Shown: positions 9,320 to 18,432, numbered from the stretch's first letter. The stretch: 32,000 nt of DNA from Desulfobulbus propionicus DSM 2032 (GCF_000186885.1 NC_014972.1:1470001-1502000), one strand, 5' to 3'. Numbers and translations: made by a program. The notes: generated from the letters alone by a model not told the origin.

Positions 9320-9531
9320 TATCCAACATGCAAAAAAATACAAAATTTTGAACGAAAAGAAGGCGACTGCTGCTTAACATTTTGATTTTTATAGTTTTGT
9401 ATAAAAAATAAAAATTTGCACCCTGGGTGTGCCGTGCTGCTTGACGAAGTCGATGCGGTTGACTAGATAACGGGACGATGGCATGCGCGTGTGGGGCTGT
9501 CCGTTCAGAGAGGCGAATCCGTGGAGGTGAT

Positions 9532-10701
9532 GTGATTCAGATAGGAATTGAGCAACTGTGCCGGTCCGGTGCCGAGCGGCTAAAGGGTAAACGATTGGGT
9601 TTGTTGGCCAACCAGGCTTCCACCGACAAACATTTCAATCACGGTCGTGACCTCTTGCTGGCAGCCTTCCCCGGACAACTGACCTGCCTTTTTTCGCCGC
9701 AGCACGGATTTTTCAGCGAAAAGCAGGACAACATGATCGAATCCGATCATGGGGTCGATCAGGTGAGTGGCCTGCCGGTCTATTCACTGTACGGGGAAAC
9801 GCGCAAGCCCTATCCGTCGATGTTTGCCGATATCGACGTGCTGCTGGTCGATCTGATCGATGTCGGTACCCGGGTGTACACCTTTATCTGGACCGTGGTC
9901 CACTGTTTGGAAGTGGCGGCGGAAACCGGTATCACGGTCATGATTCTCGACCGGCCCAATCCCATCGGCGGCCATCTGGTCGAGGGCAACCTGCTGCGCG
10001 CGGAGTGCGCCTCCTTTGTTGGCCGTTGTGCCATTCCCATGCGCCACGGTTTGACCCTGGGCGAATTGGCCCTGCTCTGCAATCGGGAGCTGGAGATTGG
10101 CGCCGATCTGCAAGTGGTCCGGATGAACGGTTGGACGCGACGGATGTTTTTCCCCGCCACCGGCTACCCATGGGTCTTTCCCTCGCCCAATATGCCCTCC
10201 TTTGCCACGGCCTTGGTCTATCCAGGGCAAGTGCTGTGGGAAGGAACCAATATCTCCGAAGCCCGGGGCACGACATTGCCCTTTGAGTTGTTCGGCGCCC
10301 CCTTTCTCGAACATGGGGCGGTGCTCGATGCGCTCCGCGCAACAGAACTGCCCGGCTGCCACCTGCGGCCACTGCGCTTCGAGCCGACCTCGGGCAAATG
10401 GATGGGACAGATGTGTACCGGCTTTCAGATCCACGTGCTCAATCCTGACCAATTCCGCCCCTATCGCACCAGCCTGGCCCTGTTCCAGGCGATCCGCTGC
10501 CTCTATCCCGAACAGTTTGCCTACAAATCACCACCCTATGAATATGAATTCGAGCGGCTGCCCATGGACCTGATCATCGGTGATAAGATGGTGCGCGAGG
10601 GGCTGGAAAACGGTGTCCCCATCGCCGAACTGGAGCGGGTCTGGCAGGAGGAACTGGACGAGTATCGGCAGCTTCGCCGCGCTGTTTTTCTTTACGACTG
10701 A
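9532..10701 (+). CDS. DUF1343-domain protein, NamZ-like (exo-muramidase family)
   Basis: LKGKRLGLLANQAS...CLFSPQHGF...VDLIDVGTRVYTFIWTV...ILDRPNPIGG...RHGLTLGELALL motifs. GGAGGTGAT Shine-Dalgarno immediately before GTG at 9532. Confidence 0.85.
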   Translation: MIQIGIEQLCRSGAERLKGKRLGLLANQASTDKHFNHGRDLLLAAFPGQLTCLFSPQHGFFSEKQDNMIESDHGVDQVSGLPVYSLYGETRKPYPSMFADIDVLLVDLIDVGTRVYTFIWTVVHCLEVAAETGITVMILDRPNPIGGHLVEGNLLRAECASFVGRCAIPMRHGLTLGELALLCNRELEIGADLQVVRMNGWTRRMFFPATGYPWVFPSPNMPSFATALVYPGQVLWEGTNISEARGTTLPFELFGAPFLEHGAVLDALRATELPGCHLRPLRFEPTSGKWMGQMCTGFQIHVLNPDQFRPYRTSLALFQAIRCLYPEQFAYKSPPYEYEFERLPMDLIIGDKMVREGLENGVPIAELERVWQEELDEYRQLRRAVFLYD

Positions 10702-10814
10702 ACGAATGTCCGGTATTCTTGCAGGTTCCCGTTGAGCGTGAATTTCCTCCGGGCAACCGGGAACAATCCGGTTTTCCGCATGCTCGAACCCTACGTATTT
10801 CTGGAGGAGCGAAC

Positions 10815-11879
10815 GTGTCCCGCGAATGCACCCTGCGGCAATTGGCCGACCTGGTCGGTGGCCGGGTGGAAGGCGATCCCAACCTGATCGTCCGTGGTCT
10901 GAACGGCATCGAGTATGCCCAACCCGGCGAGATCACCTTTATCCTTGACCGCAAACAGCTGCCGCTGCCCGAAACCTGCCAAGCCTCGGCCTGTATCGTC
11001 CCGGTTGATACCGAAGCCCTGGGCAGGCCGGCCATTGTCACTGACCAGCCGTCACTGGCTGCCGCCCGCATCCATACCTTTTTGCTGACCGAACCTTTTC
11101 AGGCCAAGGGGATTCATCCTTCGGCGGTGACTGGCGAAGGATGCGTGATTCCACGGGAGGTGACCATCGGCCCCTTGGTCTGTCTCGGCGACCGGGTGAC
11201 CCTGGGGGAACGCGTCACCATCCACCCCGGCGCGGTGATCGGCAGTGACGTCGTCATTGACGACGACACCATCATTCATGCCAATGTAACCGTGGCCGAG
11301 CGTTGCACCATCGGCAAACGGGTGATCCTCCATCATGGGGCGGTGATTGGCAGTGACGGCTTTGGTTTTGCCACCGACCGGATGGGCGTGCATTATAAGA
11401 AGCCGCAGGTCGGCACGGTGCGCATTGACGACGACGTCGAGATCGGCGCCAATTCCTGCGTTGATCGCGCCGCCTTTGGCACCACCTGGATCAAGTCCGG
11501 TGCTCGAATCGACAACCTGGTCATGGTGGGCCACAATGTCGTCGTGGGCGAACATTCCATCCTGGTCGCCCAGGTGGGCATTGCCGGCAGCACCACCCTG
11601 GGCCGCAATGTGGTGCTCGGCGCCAAGGCCGGAGTCGCGGGGCATTTGCACCTCGATGACCAAGTGATGGCGGCCGCCAAAAGCGGCATTCACAACAATC
11701 AACCCAAGGGCGCCATGATCGGCGGCTCCCCGGCGATCGAGGTCAAAAGCTGGGGCCGGGCCGCGGCCGCCTTCAGCCGCTTGCCGGAAATGGTCAAGGA
11801 ACTGCGAAGGTTGCGCAAGGAGGTGGACCGGCTGACCGGACTGCTTGCACCCACAGATCAACAGAAGGACAACCAATGA
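10815..11879 (+). CDS. lpxD: UDP-3-O-(3-hydroxyacyl)glucosamine N-acyltransferase
   Basis: N-terminal LRQLADLVGGRVEGDPNLIVRGLNGIEYAQPGEITFI and left-handed beta-helix hexapeptide repeats, HHGAVIGSDGFGFA. GTG start with a GGAGGAG Shine-Dalgarno. Confidence 0.95.
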   Translation: MSRECTLRQLADLVGGRVEGDPNLIVRGLNGIEYAQPGEITFILDRKQLPLPETCQASACIVPVDTEALGRPAIVTDQPSLAAARIHTFLLTEPFQAKGIHPSAVTGEGCVIPREVTIGPLVCLGDRVTLGERVTIHPGAVIGSDVVIDDDTIIHANVTVAERCTIGKRVILHHGAVIGSDGFGFATDRMGVHYKKPQVGTVRIDDDVEIGANSCVDRAAFGTTWIKSGARIDNLVMVGHNVVVGEHSILVAQVGIAGSTTLGRNVVLGAKAGVAGHLHLDDQVMAAAKSGIHNNQPKGAMIGGSPAIEVKSWGRAAAAFSRLPEMVKELRRLRKEVDRLTGLLAPTDQQKDNQ

Positions 11880-12331
11880 CAACACAAACGATAGATGTGC
11901 AATTGCCCATTGATATCAAGGGGATCATGGAGATCCTGCCACACCGGTATCCCTTCCTCCTGGTTGATCGGATCGTGGAGCTGGAAAAGGGAAAAACCAT
12001 CACCGGCGTCAAGAACGTGACCATGAATGAACCGTTTTTCCAGGGACATTTTCCGGGTGAGCCGGTCATGCCCGGTGTGCTCATTCTCGAGGCCATGGCC
12101 CAGACCGGCGGCATTCTCGCCTGCCTTTCCGATGCGGACATGATCGGCCGGCTGGTTTACTTTGCCGGTGTGGACAAGGCCCGGTTCCGCCGGGTGGTGC
12201 GTCCGGGCGATCAGCTGGTCATGAAATTGGAAATGATCAAACAAAAAGGCAAGGTCACCAAGATGGCCGGCAAGGCCTACGTGGATGACCAGCTGGCCAC
12301 CGAGGCCGAGCTGATGGCTAGTTTCGCCTGA
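11876..12331 (+). CDS. fabZ: 3-hydroxyacyl-ACP dehydratase FabZ
   Basis: IMEILPHRYPFLLVDRIVELEKG...NEPFFQGHFPGEPVMPGVLILEAMAQTGG. ATGA overlap with lpxD. Confidence 0.97.
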   Translation: MTTQTIDVQLPIDIKGIMEILPHRYPFLLVDRIVELEKGKTITGVKNVTMNEPFFQGHFPGEPVMPGVLILEAMAQTGGILACLSDADMIGRLVYFAGVDKARFRRVVRPGDQLVMKLEMIKQKGKVTKMAGKAYVDDQLATEAELMASFA

Positions 12332-12401
12332 TATACGACTCTTCTTTCAACGGGCGGCCCATGGGTCGTTTTTCTTTGTTTCAGCACAGGACAGTCTTTC
12401 C

Positions 12402-13199
12402 ATGAATATACACCCCACGGCGGTCATCGACCCCAGAGCCCAACTCGATTCCTCGGTGATCGTCGAACCCTACGCCGTCATCGACGGCCCGGTCAAGATC
12501 GGCCCGGAAACCCGTATCTGCGCCCACGCGGTGGTTTCCGGCCACACCACCCTGGGCGCCCGTAACACCATCGGCTCCTTTGCCACCATTGGCGCCCCAC
12601 CGCAGGACATCCACTACAAGGACGAACCGACCGAGCTGATCATCGGCGACGGCAACCAGATTCGCGAGTATGTATCCATTCACCGGGCAACGGCCAAGGC
12701 CAGCGGCAAGACCCTGATCGGCGACAACAACATGATCATGGCCTACTGCCACATCGCCCACGACTGCATCATCGCCGACCATGTGATCATGGCCAACGTC
12801 GCCACCCTGGCCGGTCACGTGGAGATCGGCAGCCACGCCAATCTCGGCGGCCTGGTGGCGGTGCATCAGTTCTGCCGCATCGGCGACTATGCCTACATCG
12901 GCGGTATGTCCGGCATCGGCCTCGATGTGCCGCCCTATGTGATCATGGAAGGCACCCGCAACCAGATGCGCATTGCCGGTATCAACAAGATCGGCCTGCG
13001 CCGTGCCGGCATGGATCGGGAGACCATCAAATGTCTGGAGGAGGCGTTTAAGATTCTGTTCCGCTCTCCGGAACTGCTGCTCAAGGATTCCCTGGCCAAG
13101 CTGGAAGAGGAGATGAAAGACTGCATCGAGGTCCAGCTGATGGTCGATTTTTTCCACTCCAGCAAGCGAGGAGTGGTCAAGCGGACCATTGATGACTGA
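12402..13199 (+). CDS. lpxA: Acyl-ACP--UDP-N-acetylglucosamine O-acyltransferase
   Basis: MNIHPTAVIDPRAQLDSSVIVEPYAVIDGPVKIG, IGDGNQIREYVSIHRAT and MAYCHIAHDCIIADHVIMANVATLAGHVEI, all characteristic of LpxA. Confidence 0.97.
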   Translation: MNIHPTAVIDPRAQLDSSVIVEPYAVIDGPVKIGPETRICAHAVVSGHTTLGARNTIGSFATIGAPPQDIHYKDEPTELIIGDGNQIREYVSIHRATAKASGKTLIGDNNMIMAYCHIAHDCIIADHVIMANVATLAGHVEIGSHANLGGLVAVHQFCRIGDYAYIGGMSGIGLDVPPYVIMEGTRNQMRIAGINKIGLRRAGMDRETIKCLEEAFKILFRSPELLLKDSLAKLEEEMKDCIEVQLMVDFFHSSKRGVVKRTIDD

Positions 13200-14043
13200 A
13201 CAGCCGCCCCAGGCATTGCCCATCGGCCTGATCGCCGGCGGCGGCCAATTTCCGCTGCTCTTTGCCGAGGCCGCCCGAGCGCGGGGCCGGCGGGTGGTGG
13301 CCATCGCCCATGTCAACGAAACCGCGATCGAGATCGAGGACCGGGCCGATGCGGTCTACTGGGTCAAGTTGGGGCAGTTGGGCAAGATCATCAAGCATTT
13401 CAAGCGGGAAGGGGTAGGCGAGACCGTCTTTGCCGGCACCATCACCAAGACCCGGATTTTTCACGATATCCTGCCGGATTTGAAAGGCCTTTCCCTGTGG
13501 AGCAAAATCGACCGGCGGCTGGACGACGCCATCCTTCGGGCCGTGGCCGCCAGTATGGAAGAGGAGGGGATCCGGGTACTCGCTTCTACCTGTTACCTCG
13601 AGCACCTTTTTTTTCCAAAAGGCCTGCTGAGTCGAAAAAAACCCTCGGCCGAGCAAATGGAGGATATCCGTTTCGGCTGGAAAGTGGCCCGCGAGGTCGG
13701 TCGGCTCGACATCGGCCAGTGCGTGGTGGTCCGCGATCGCTCGGTGCTGGCGGTGGAAGCCATCGAGGGCACCGATGCGGCCATCCGTCGTGGCGGTGAA
13801 CTGGCCGGATCCGGGGCAGTGGTGGTCAAACTGAAGAAGCCGAACCAGGATTTTCGCTTCGATCTGCCGGCCACGGGGCCGCGCACCATCGACACCCTGG
13901 CGGCGGTCAAGGGAGCGGTGTTGGCGGTGGAGGCCGGCCAGTCGTTGCTTTTTGACCGAACGGCCATGGTCGAGGCGGCCGATCGCGCGGGCCTAGTGGT
14001 GGTCGGGCTGGTCGAGGACGAACAGGGAGAACTCCAGTATTGA
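13192..14043 (+). CDS. lpxI: UDP-2,3-diacylglucosamine pyrophosphatase LpxI
   Basis: [30 protein letters not shown]...[15 protein letters not shown]...[23 protein letters not shown]. Located directly after lpxA. Confidence 0.92.
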   Translation: MTEQPPQALPIGLIAGGGQFPLLFAEAARARGRRVVAIAHVNETAIEIEDRADAVYWVKLGQLGKIIKHFKREGVGETVFAGTITKTRIFHDILPDLKGLSLWSKIDRRLDDAILRAVAASMEEEGIRVLASTCYLEHLFFPKGLLSRKKPSAEQMEDIRFGWKVAREVGRLDIGQCVVVRDRSVLAVEAIEGTDAAIRRGGELAGSGAVVVKLKKPNQDFRFDLPATGPRTIDTLAAVKGAVLAVEAGQSLLFDRTAMVEAADRAGLVVVGLVEDEQGELQY

Positions 14044-14066
14044 ATCCAAGGGAAGAGGCAACGACC

Positions 14067-15446
14067 ATGCACACCACATCCATTGTCGATCTCCTGCGTC
14101 GCCAACCGGTGGGGGAAACGGTGACCATCAGCGGTTGGGTGCGCACCCGGCGCGATTCGGGCAGCTTTTCCTTTCTTGAAATCAACGATGGCTCGTGTCT
14201 GGCCAACTTGCAGCTCATTGCCGAGGAGCAGTTGGTCAATTATGCAAGTGAGGTGAAAAAACTGACCACCGGTTGTTCATTACGGGCACACGGCCTGCTC
14301 GTGGCCTCGCCGGCCAAGGGGCAGACGGTGGAAGTCCGGGCCGAACGCATCGAGGTGATTGGCTGGGCCGATCCCGAAACCTACCCCTTGCAGAAGAAAC
14401 GGCACAGTTTTGAATTTCTCCGCTCCATCGCCCATCTCCGGCCCCGCACCAATGCCCTGGGCGCGGTGGCCCGGGTGCGGAGCGCGCTGAGCTTCGCCAT
14501 TCACCGATTTTTCCATGAACACGGATTTCTCCAGGTCCATACCCCGGTGATCACCACCTCGGATTGTGAAGGCGCAGGCGAAATGTTCACGGTCACCGCT
14601 CTGGAACCCGGCCAACTGCAGGGACCTGATCCCTTCAATAACGATTTTTTTGGTCGACGGGCCGGATTGACGGTCAGCGGCCAGTTGCAGGCCGAAATTT
14701 TTGCCCTGTCCCACGGCCGGGTCTATACCTTTGGCCCGACTTTTCGCGCGGAACACTCCAACACCAGCCGTCATCTGGCCGAATTCTGGATGCTGGAGCC
14801 GGAGATGGCCTTCTGCGATCTGGCCGGCAACAGGGACGTGGCGGAATCGTTGATCAAATTCTTGGTGTGCGTGGCCCTCGACGAGTGCGGCGAGGATCTG
14901 GCCCTGTTTGACCAGCACGTCGCCAAAGGGCTGATCGATAAGCTCACCCAAGTTCGCGACCGGCCCTTTGTTCATCTTCCCTACACCGATGCGGTGACCG
15001 AACTGCAGCGAGCGGGTCGGCAGTTCGAGTTTCCTGTGCAGTGGGGCATCGACCTCCAGGCCGAGCATGAGCGATTTTTGTGCGAAGAGGTGGCCCAGGC
15101 GCCGGTGGTGGTCACCAACTATCCGGCCGACATCAAACCCTTCTACATGCGGCTGGACGATGACGGCCGCACCGTGGCAGCCATGGATATCCTGGTGGCT
15201 GGAATTGGCGAGCTGATCGGCGGCAGTCAGCGCGAGGAGCGTTATGAAGTGCTGGCGGCCCGCATGGCGGCGGCCGGGCTTGATCTGGCCCAGTACGGCT
15301 GGTACCTTGACCTCCGGCGCTACGGTTCCGTGCCTCACAGTGGCTTTGGCCTCGGGTTTGAGCGGTTGGTGCAGTTCGTCACTGGCATGCAGAATATCCG
15401 TGATGTCATTCCCTTCCCGCGTACCCCGGGCAGCGCCCCCTGCTGA
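14067..15446 (+). CDS. asnS: Asparagine--tRNA ligase
   Basis: OB-fold [26 protein letters not shown] and class II motifs [54 protein letters not shown]. Confidence 0.95.
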   Translation: MHTTSIVDLLRRQPVGETVTISGWVRTRRDSGSFSFLEINDGSCLANLQLIAEEQLVNYASEVKKLTTGCSLRAHGLLVASPAKGQTVEVRAERIEVIGWADPETYPLQKKRHSFEFLRSIAHLRPRTNALGAVARVRSALSFAIHRFFHEHGFLQVHTPVITTSDCEGAGEMFTVTALEPGQLQGPDPFNNDFFGRRAGLTVSGQLQAEIFALSHGRVYTFGPTFRAEHSNTSRHLAEFWMLEPEMAFCDLAGNRDVAESLIKFLVCVALDECGEDLALFDQHVAKGLIDKLTQVRDRPFVHLPYTDAVTELQRAGRQFEFPVQWGIDLQAEHERFLCEEVAQAPVVVTNYPADIKPFYMRLDDDGRTVAAMDILVAGIGELIGGSQREERYEVLAARMAAAGLDLAQYGWYLDLRRYGSVPHSGFGLGFERLVQFVTGMQNIRDVIPFPRTPGSAPC

Positions 15447-15470
15447 TACGTTTTTTTTAAGGAGTATCCC

Positions 15471-17156
15471 ATCGCAACGGTCACCGGAAACACCAACGGC
15501 CTCAAGCCGAAACAGCTACGGGATCTGGAGCGGCTCGCGCAAAAAAAGGTTGCCCCCGATGAGATCGTCGGCCGGGAGACCGCCCGCGCTCTGGCGGCCA
15601 TCTCCACCGAGCTGAACCGACGGGTCGGTCTTTTGATCCATCGCTCCGGCCAGATCGAAACGGTGATTGTCGGCGATTACGATCGCATCACCATCCCGGC
15701 CCTGGCCCATGTCGGTGCCAGCGGCGGCCGGTTGCGCGGTCTGCGTTGCGTGCATACCGTGCTTGGTGGCGCCGCAGCCATCAACGAGGAAGATATCATG
15801 GACCTGGCTTGTTTGCGGCTCGACCTGATGGCAACCCTGACCCTCCGCGACGGTCTGCCGGACCTGCTCCATCCGGTCCACCTCATTCCCCGCCAGGTGG
15901 ACGGCCGTGACTGGACTACGCTGTCCCCGGTCCATCCGGCCAACCAGCAACAGTCGTGCATCGAACTGATCGAGGCACTGGAAGATGAGTTTGTCCGTGA
16001 GCGGCCGGTGCGCGAGGTCGACCGGGGCAAGGACCGGGCCATCCTGGTGTCGGTGACCACCGGTTCACGGGGTGAGGCCGAGGATTCCATGGCCGAACTG
16101 GTCGAGCTGGCCCGTTCCGCCGGGGTCGAGGTCTTGGCCGAGGTAATCCAGCGGCGCAAGCACATCCACCCTCGTTTCATCCTTGGCCGCGGCAAGCTGG
16201 TGGAGATCGTGCTCATGAGCCTGCGTCTGGGGGCCAATCTGCTCCTTTTCGACCAAGAACTGAGCCCCTCGCAGATCCGCAGCGTCACCGACCACACCGA
16301 TCTGCGGGTTATCGACCGCACTCAACTGATCCTCGACATCTTTGCCAGCCGGGCCCGCTCGCGTGAAGGCAAATTGCAGATCGAAATGGCCCAGCTCAAG
16401 TACATGCTGCCCAAACTCACCACCCGCGACGACGCCCTGTCCCGCCTCACCGGCGGCATCGGCGCCCGCGGGCCGGGAGAGACTCGCCTGGAGATCGACA
16501 AACGACGGATCAACGACCGCATTACCCGGTTAGGCAAGGAGTTGAAGGCGGTGGGGGATCAACGTTTTCACCGTCGCAATCGGAGACGCAAACGGGACGT
16601 GCCGGTGATCTCCCTGGTCGGCTACACCAATGCCGGTAAATCAACCTTGCTCAATACCCTGACCAAAAGCGAGATTCAGGCCGAGGATCTGCTGTTTGCC
16701 ACTCTGGACCCCACCAGCCGGCGGTTGCGTTTTCCCGAGGACATGGAAGTGATCATCACCGACACGGTTGGTTTCATCCGCAACCTGCCCGCCGATCTGC
16801 TCAAGGCCTTTGAATCGACTTTGGAGGAGTTGTTCGAGGCGGACCTGCTCCTGCACGTGATCGATGTGTCCAATCCTGCCTGGCGACAACAGGTGGCGGT
16901 GGTGGAGGGCTTGCTGGCCGAACTGGAGCTGGATGGGATCCCGTGCCTCAAGGTGTTCAACAAGATTGACCGGTTGGCTCCGGAAGACCAGGCCGAGCTG
17001 GCGGATAGCGCGGAGGGCGTGGGAATCAGCGCCTTGGACGCGCACACCCTGCCGCCGTTGTTGATACGGGCGCAGGAAATATTGCGTACGGTTGCCGGAA
17101 AAGCAGCCGTCTCGACGGCGAACGGAAAGAGGCGGGAAGAGGAGGGGGAAGGATGA
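15471..17156 (+). CDS. hflX: GTPase HflX, apparently using an ATC initiation codon
   Basis: GYTNAGKSTLLN, DTVGFIRNLP, RFILGRGKLVE and GGIGARGPGETRLEIDKR are HflX hallmarks. Conserved N-terminus NGLKPKQLRDLERLAQKKVAPDEIVGRETARALAAISTELNRRVGLLI lies upstream of the first canonical start codon (TTG 15633). AAGGAG (15459-15464) is followed by ATC at 15471. Confidence 0.9.
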   Translation: MATVTGNTNGLKPKQLRDLERLAQKKVAPDEIVGRETARALAAISTELNRRVGLLIHRSGQIETVIVGDYDRITIPALAHVGASGGRLRGLRCVHTVLGGAAAINEEDIMDLACLRLDLMATLTLRDGLPDLLHPVHLIPRQVDGRDWTTLSPVHPANQQQSCIELIEALEDEFVRERPVREVDRGKDRAILVSVTTGSRGEAEDSMAELVELARSAGVEVLAEVIQRRKHIHPRFILGRGKLVEIVLMSLRLGANLLLFDQELSPSQIRSVTDHTDLRVIDRTQLILDIFASRARSREGKLQIEMAQLKYMLPKLTTRDDALSRLTGGIGARGPGETRLEIDKRRINDRITRLGKELKAVGDQRFHRRNRRRKRDVPVISLVGYTNAGKSTLLNTLTKSEIQAEDLLFATLDPTSRRLRFPEDMEVIITDTVGFIRNLPADLLKAFESTLEELFEADLLLHVIDVSNPAWRQQVAVVEGLLAELELDGIPCLKVFNKIDRLAPEDQAELADSAEGVGISALDAHTLPPLLIRAQEILRTVAGKAAVSTANGKRREEEGEG

Positions 17157-17172
17157 CAGAGGGAATAGCTCT

Positions 17173-17643
17173 TCAGCTTTGAAGGAAAAAACCGAGTGCT
17201 TTGTCCATTTCCACGTTGCATCGAAATTCACAGCCTATGCTGTTGTGTTGCACCGTTTTGACCACCGCCTGTTTCTTGAGAACGGTGTTGTTTTTATCGT
17301 TCAGCTGGAATTCGATCAAAAGGAGCTGTCCCTGTTCGATTCGATGTATTCCGGAGACGGTAAAGCCTATACCCGTGCGGGAAATATTGTTGATATGGAT
17401 GATGCCGCCGCCAATTCCTCCCTCGGTGAGGATTTCATAGGTACCGGGAAGACTGGTCTGTTTACGGTAATGGCGGCGAAAATCAAGCAGCAGGGAGAAG
17501 ACCTGCTGGCAACGGCAGCGAACGGAGAGCGTATGCCGGCCGTGACGAAACTGGTCGACCGCAAAATGTTTAACCACGCCGCAAGAAGGGCAAATAACCG
17601 TTGCCGTGTTGTTGTCGCGGACATGCACTTTGAGTTCAGCCAT
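17173..17643 (-). CDS. PilZ-domain protein with N-terminal zinc-ribbon-like segment
   Basis: CPSCGVVKHF...RCRCQQVF, then FRRHYRK (RxxxR) and HINNISRTGIGF (NxSxxG), the c-di-GMP-binding PilZ motifs. Alternative TTG start at 17652. Confidence 0.8.
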   Translation of the reverse strand: MAELKVHVRDNNTATVICPSCGVVKHFAVDQFRHGRHTLSVRCRCQQVFSLLLDFRRHYRKQTSLPGTYEILTEGGIGGGIIHINNISRTGIGFTVSGIHRIEQGQLLLIEFQLNDKNNTVLKKQAVVKTVQHNSIGCEFRCNVEMDKALGFFLQS

Positions 17644-17648
17644 GGCCG

Positions 17649-17819
17649 TCAATCGTAAATAATGCAGGTGAAGCGTTCCAGCTGCGCCTCGGTTTCCGGA
17701 TCAAGGTCGGCCGCGACTTCATGGATCTGATATTCCTTTTCACAGCCGCTGCAGCGCAATCGTACCTGCCGACATCGTCGCTGCACCTGTAAGGGTTCAC
17801 CGCATTTTCTACATTTCAC
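17649..17819 (-). CDS. 56-aa dual-CxxC small protein (not in the supplied ORF track)
   Basis: Translated by hand: VKCRKCGEPLQVQRRCRQVRLRCSGCEKEYQIHEVAADLDPETEAQLERFTCIIYD*. GTG start overlaps the pyrE TGA (GTGA), and it ends just before the PilZ gene. Confidence 0.78.
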   Translation of the reverse strand: MKCRKCGEPLQVQRRCRQVRLRCSGCEKEYQIHEVAADLDPETEAQLERFTCIIYD

Positions 17820-18382
17820 GTTTGTTTTCCCTTGCCGATGAGTTGTTCGCGGGTGAAAACAGCCTTGAGCGGGTACCCTTTGGCCGCCAAGACCTCGGCC
17901 CCCCCCTCCTGGCGATCAACAATGGTGGCCACCAGACCAACCCGAAACCCTTCGTTTTCGACCCGCTCGATCACTTTTAATAACGTGCCGCCAGTGGTGA
18001 CCACATCCTCGACCAGGGCCACCAGCCCTCCGGGAACCAGGTTGCTCTTGCCTTCAATGAAATTGCCGGTGCCATGGCCCTTGGCTTCCTTGCGGACAAT
18101 GAACGCGGGCAGGGGGGATTGTTCGAGATAGCTGACAACGGACACCGCCGTGACCAGAGGATCGGCACCAAGAGTCATGCCGCCAACCCCCATGATCGGT
18201 TCGGGATGCTGACGAATCAATTGGAACAGCAATCGACCGCAGAGATATCCTCCTTCGGCGTCGAGGGTGGTCTGTTTGCCATCCACGTAAAAATCGGAGG
18301 TCTTCCCTGATGTCAGGGTGAAGGTTCCCTGACGATAGGATTTTTCCAGCAGCAGTTCCTTGAGCCGTTGTCGTTCGTCCAT
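17816..18382 (-). CDS. pyrE: Orotate phosphoribosyltransferase
   Basis: RLKELLLEKSYRQGTFTLTSGKTSDFYVDGKQTTL...VRKEAKGHGTGNFIEG...VALVEDVVTTGGTLLKVIE (PRPP-binding motif). Confidence 0.95.
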   Translation of the reverse strand: MDERQRLKELLLEKSYRQGTFTLTSGKTSDFYVDGKQTTLDAEGGYLCGRLLFQLIRQHPEPIMGVGGMTLGADPLVTAVSVVSYLEQSPLPAFIVRKEAKGHGTGNFIEGKSNLVPGGLVALVEDVVTTGGTLLKVIERVENEGFRVGLVATIVDRQEGGAEVLAAKGYPLKAVFTREQLIGKGKQT

Positions 18383-18432
18383 GCAGCAATCCACTAGGGC
18401 AGAGGTTGAAAAGGGCACTTGTTTTTTGCAGG

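Noticed and set aside
11052-11885. 277-aa minus-strand ORF inside lpxD
   Set aside because: Antisense shadow of hexapeptide repeats; apparent repetitiveness mirrors the LpxD repeats.
10815-13199. Repeated short GC-rich motifs in lpxD and lpxA that could be mistaken for DNA repeats
   Set aside because: They encode the left-handed beta-helix hexapeptide repeats of these acyltransferases and are not DNA-level repeats.
14280-15338. 352-aa minus-strand ORF inside asnS
   Set aside because: Entirely antisense to a highly conserved tRNA synthetase, no domain pattern.
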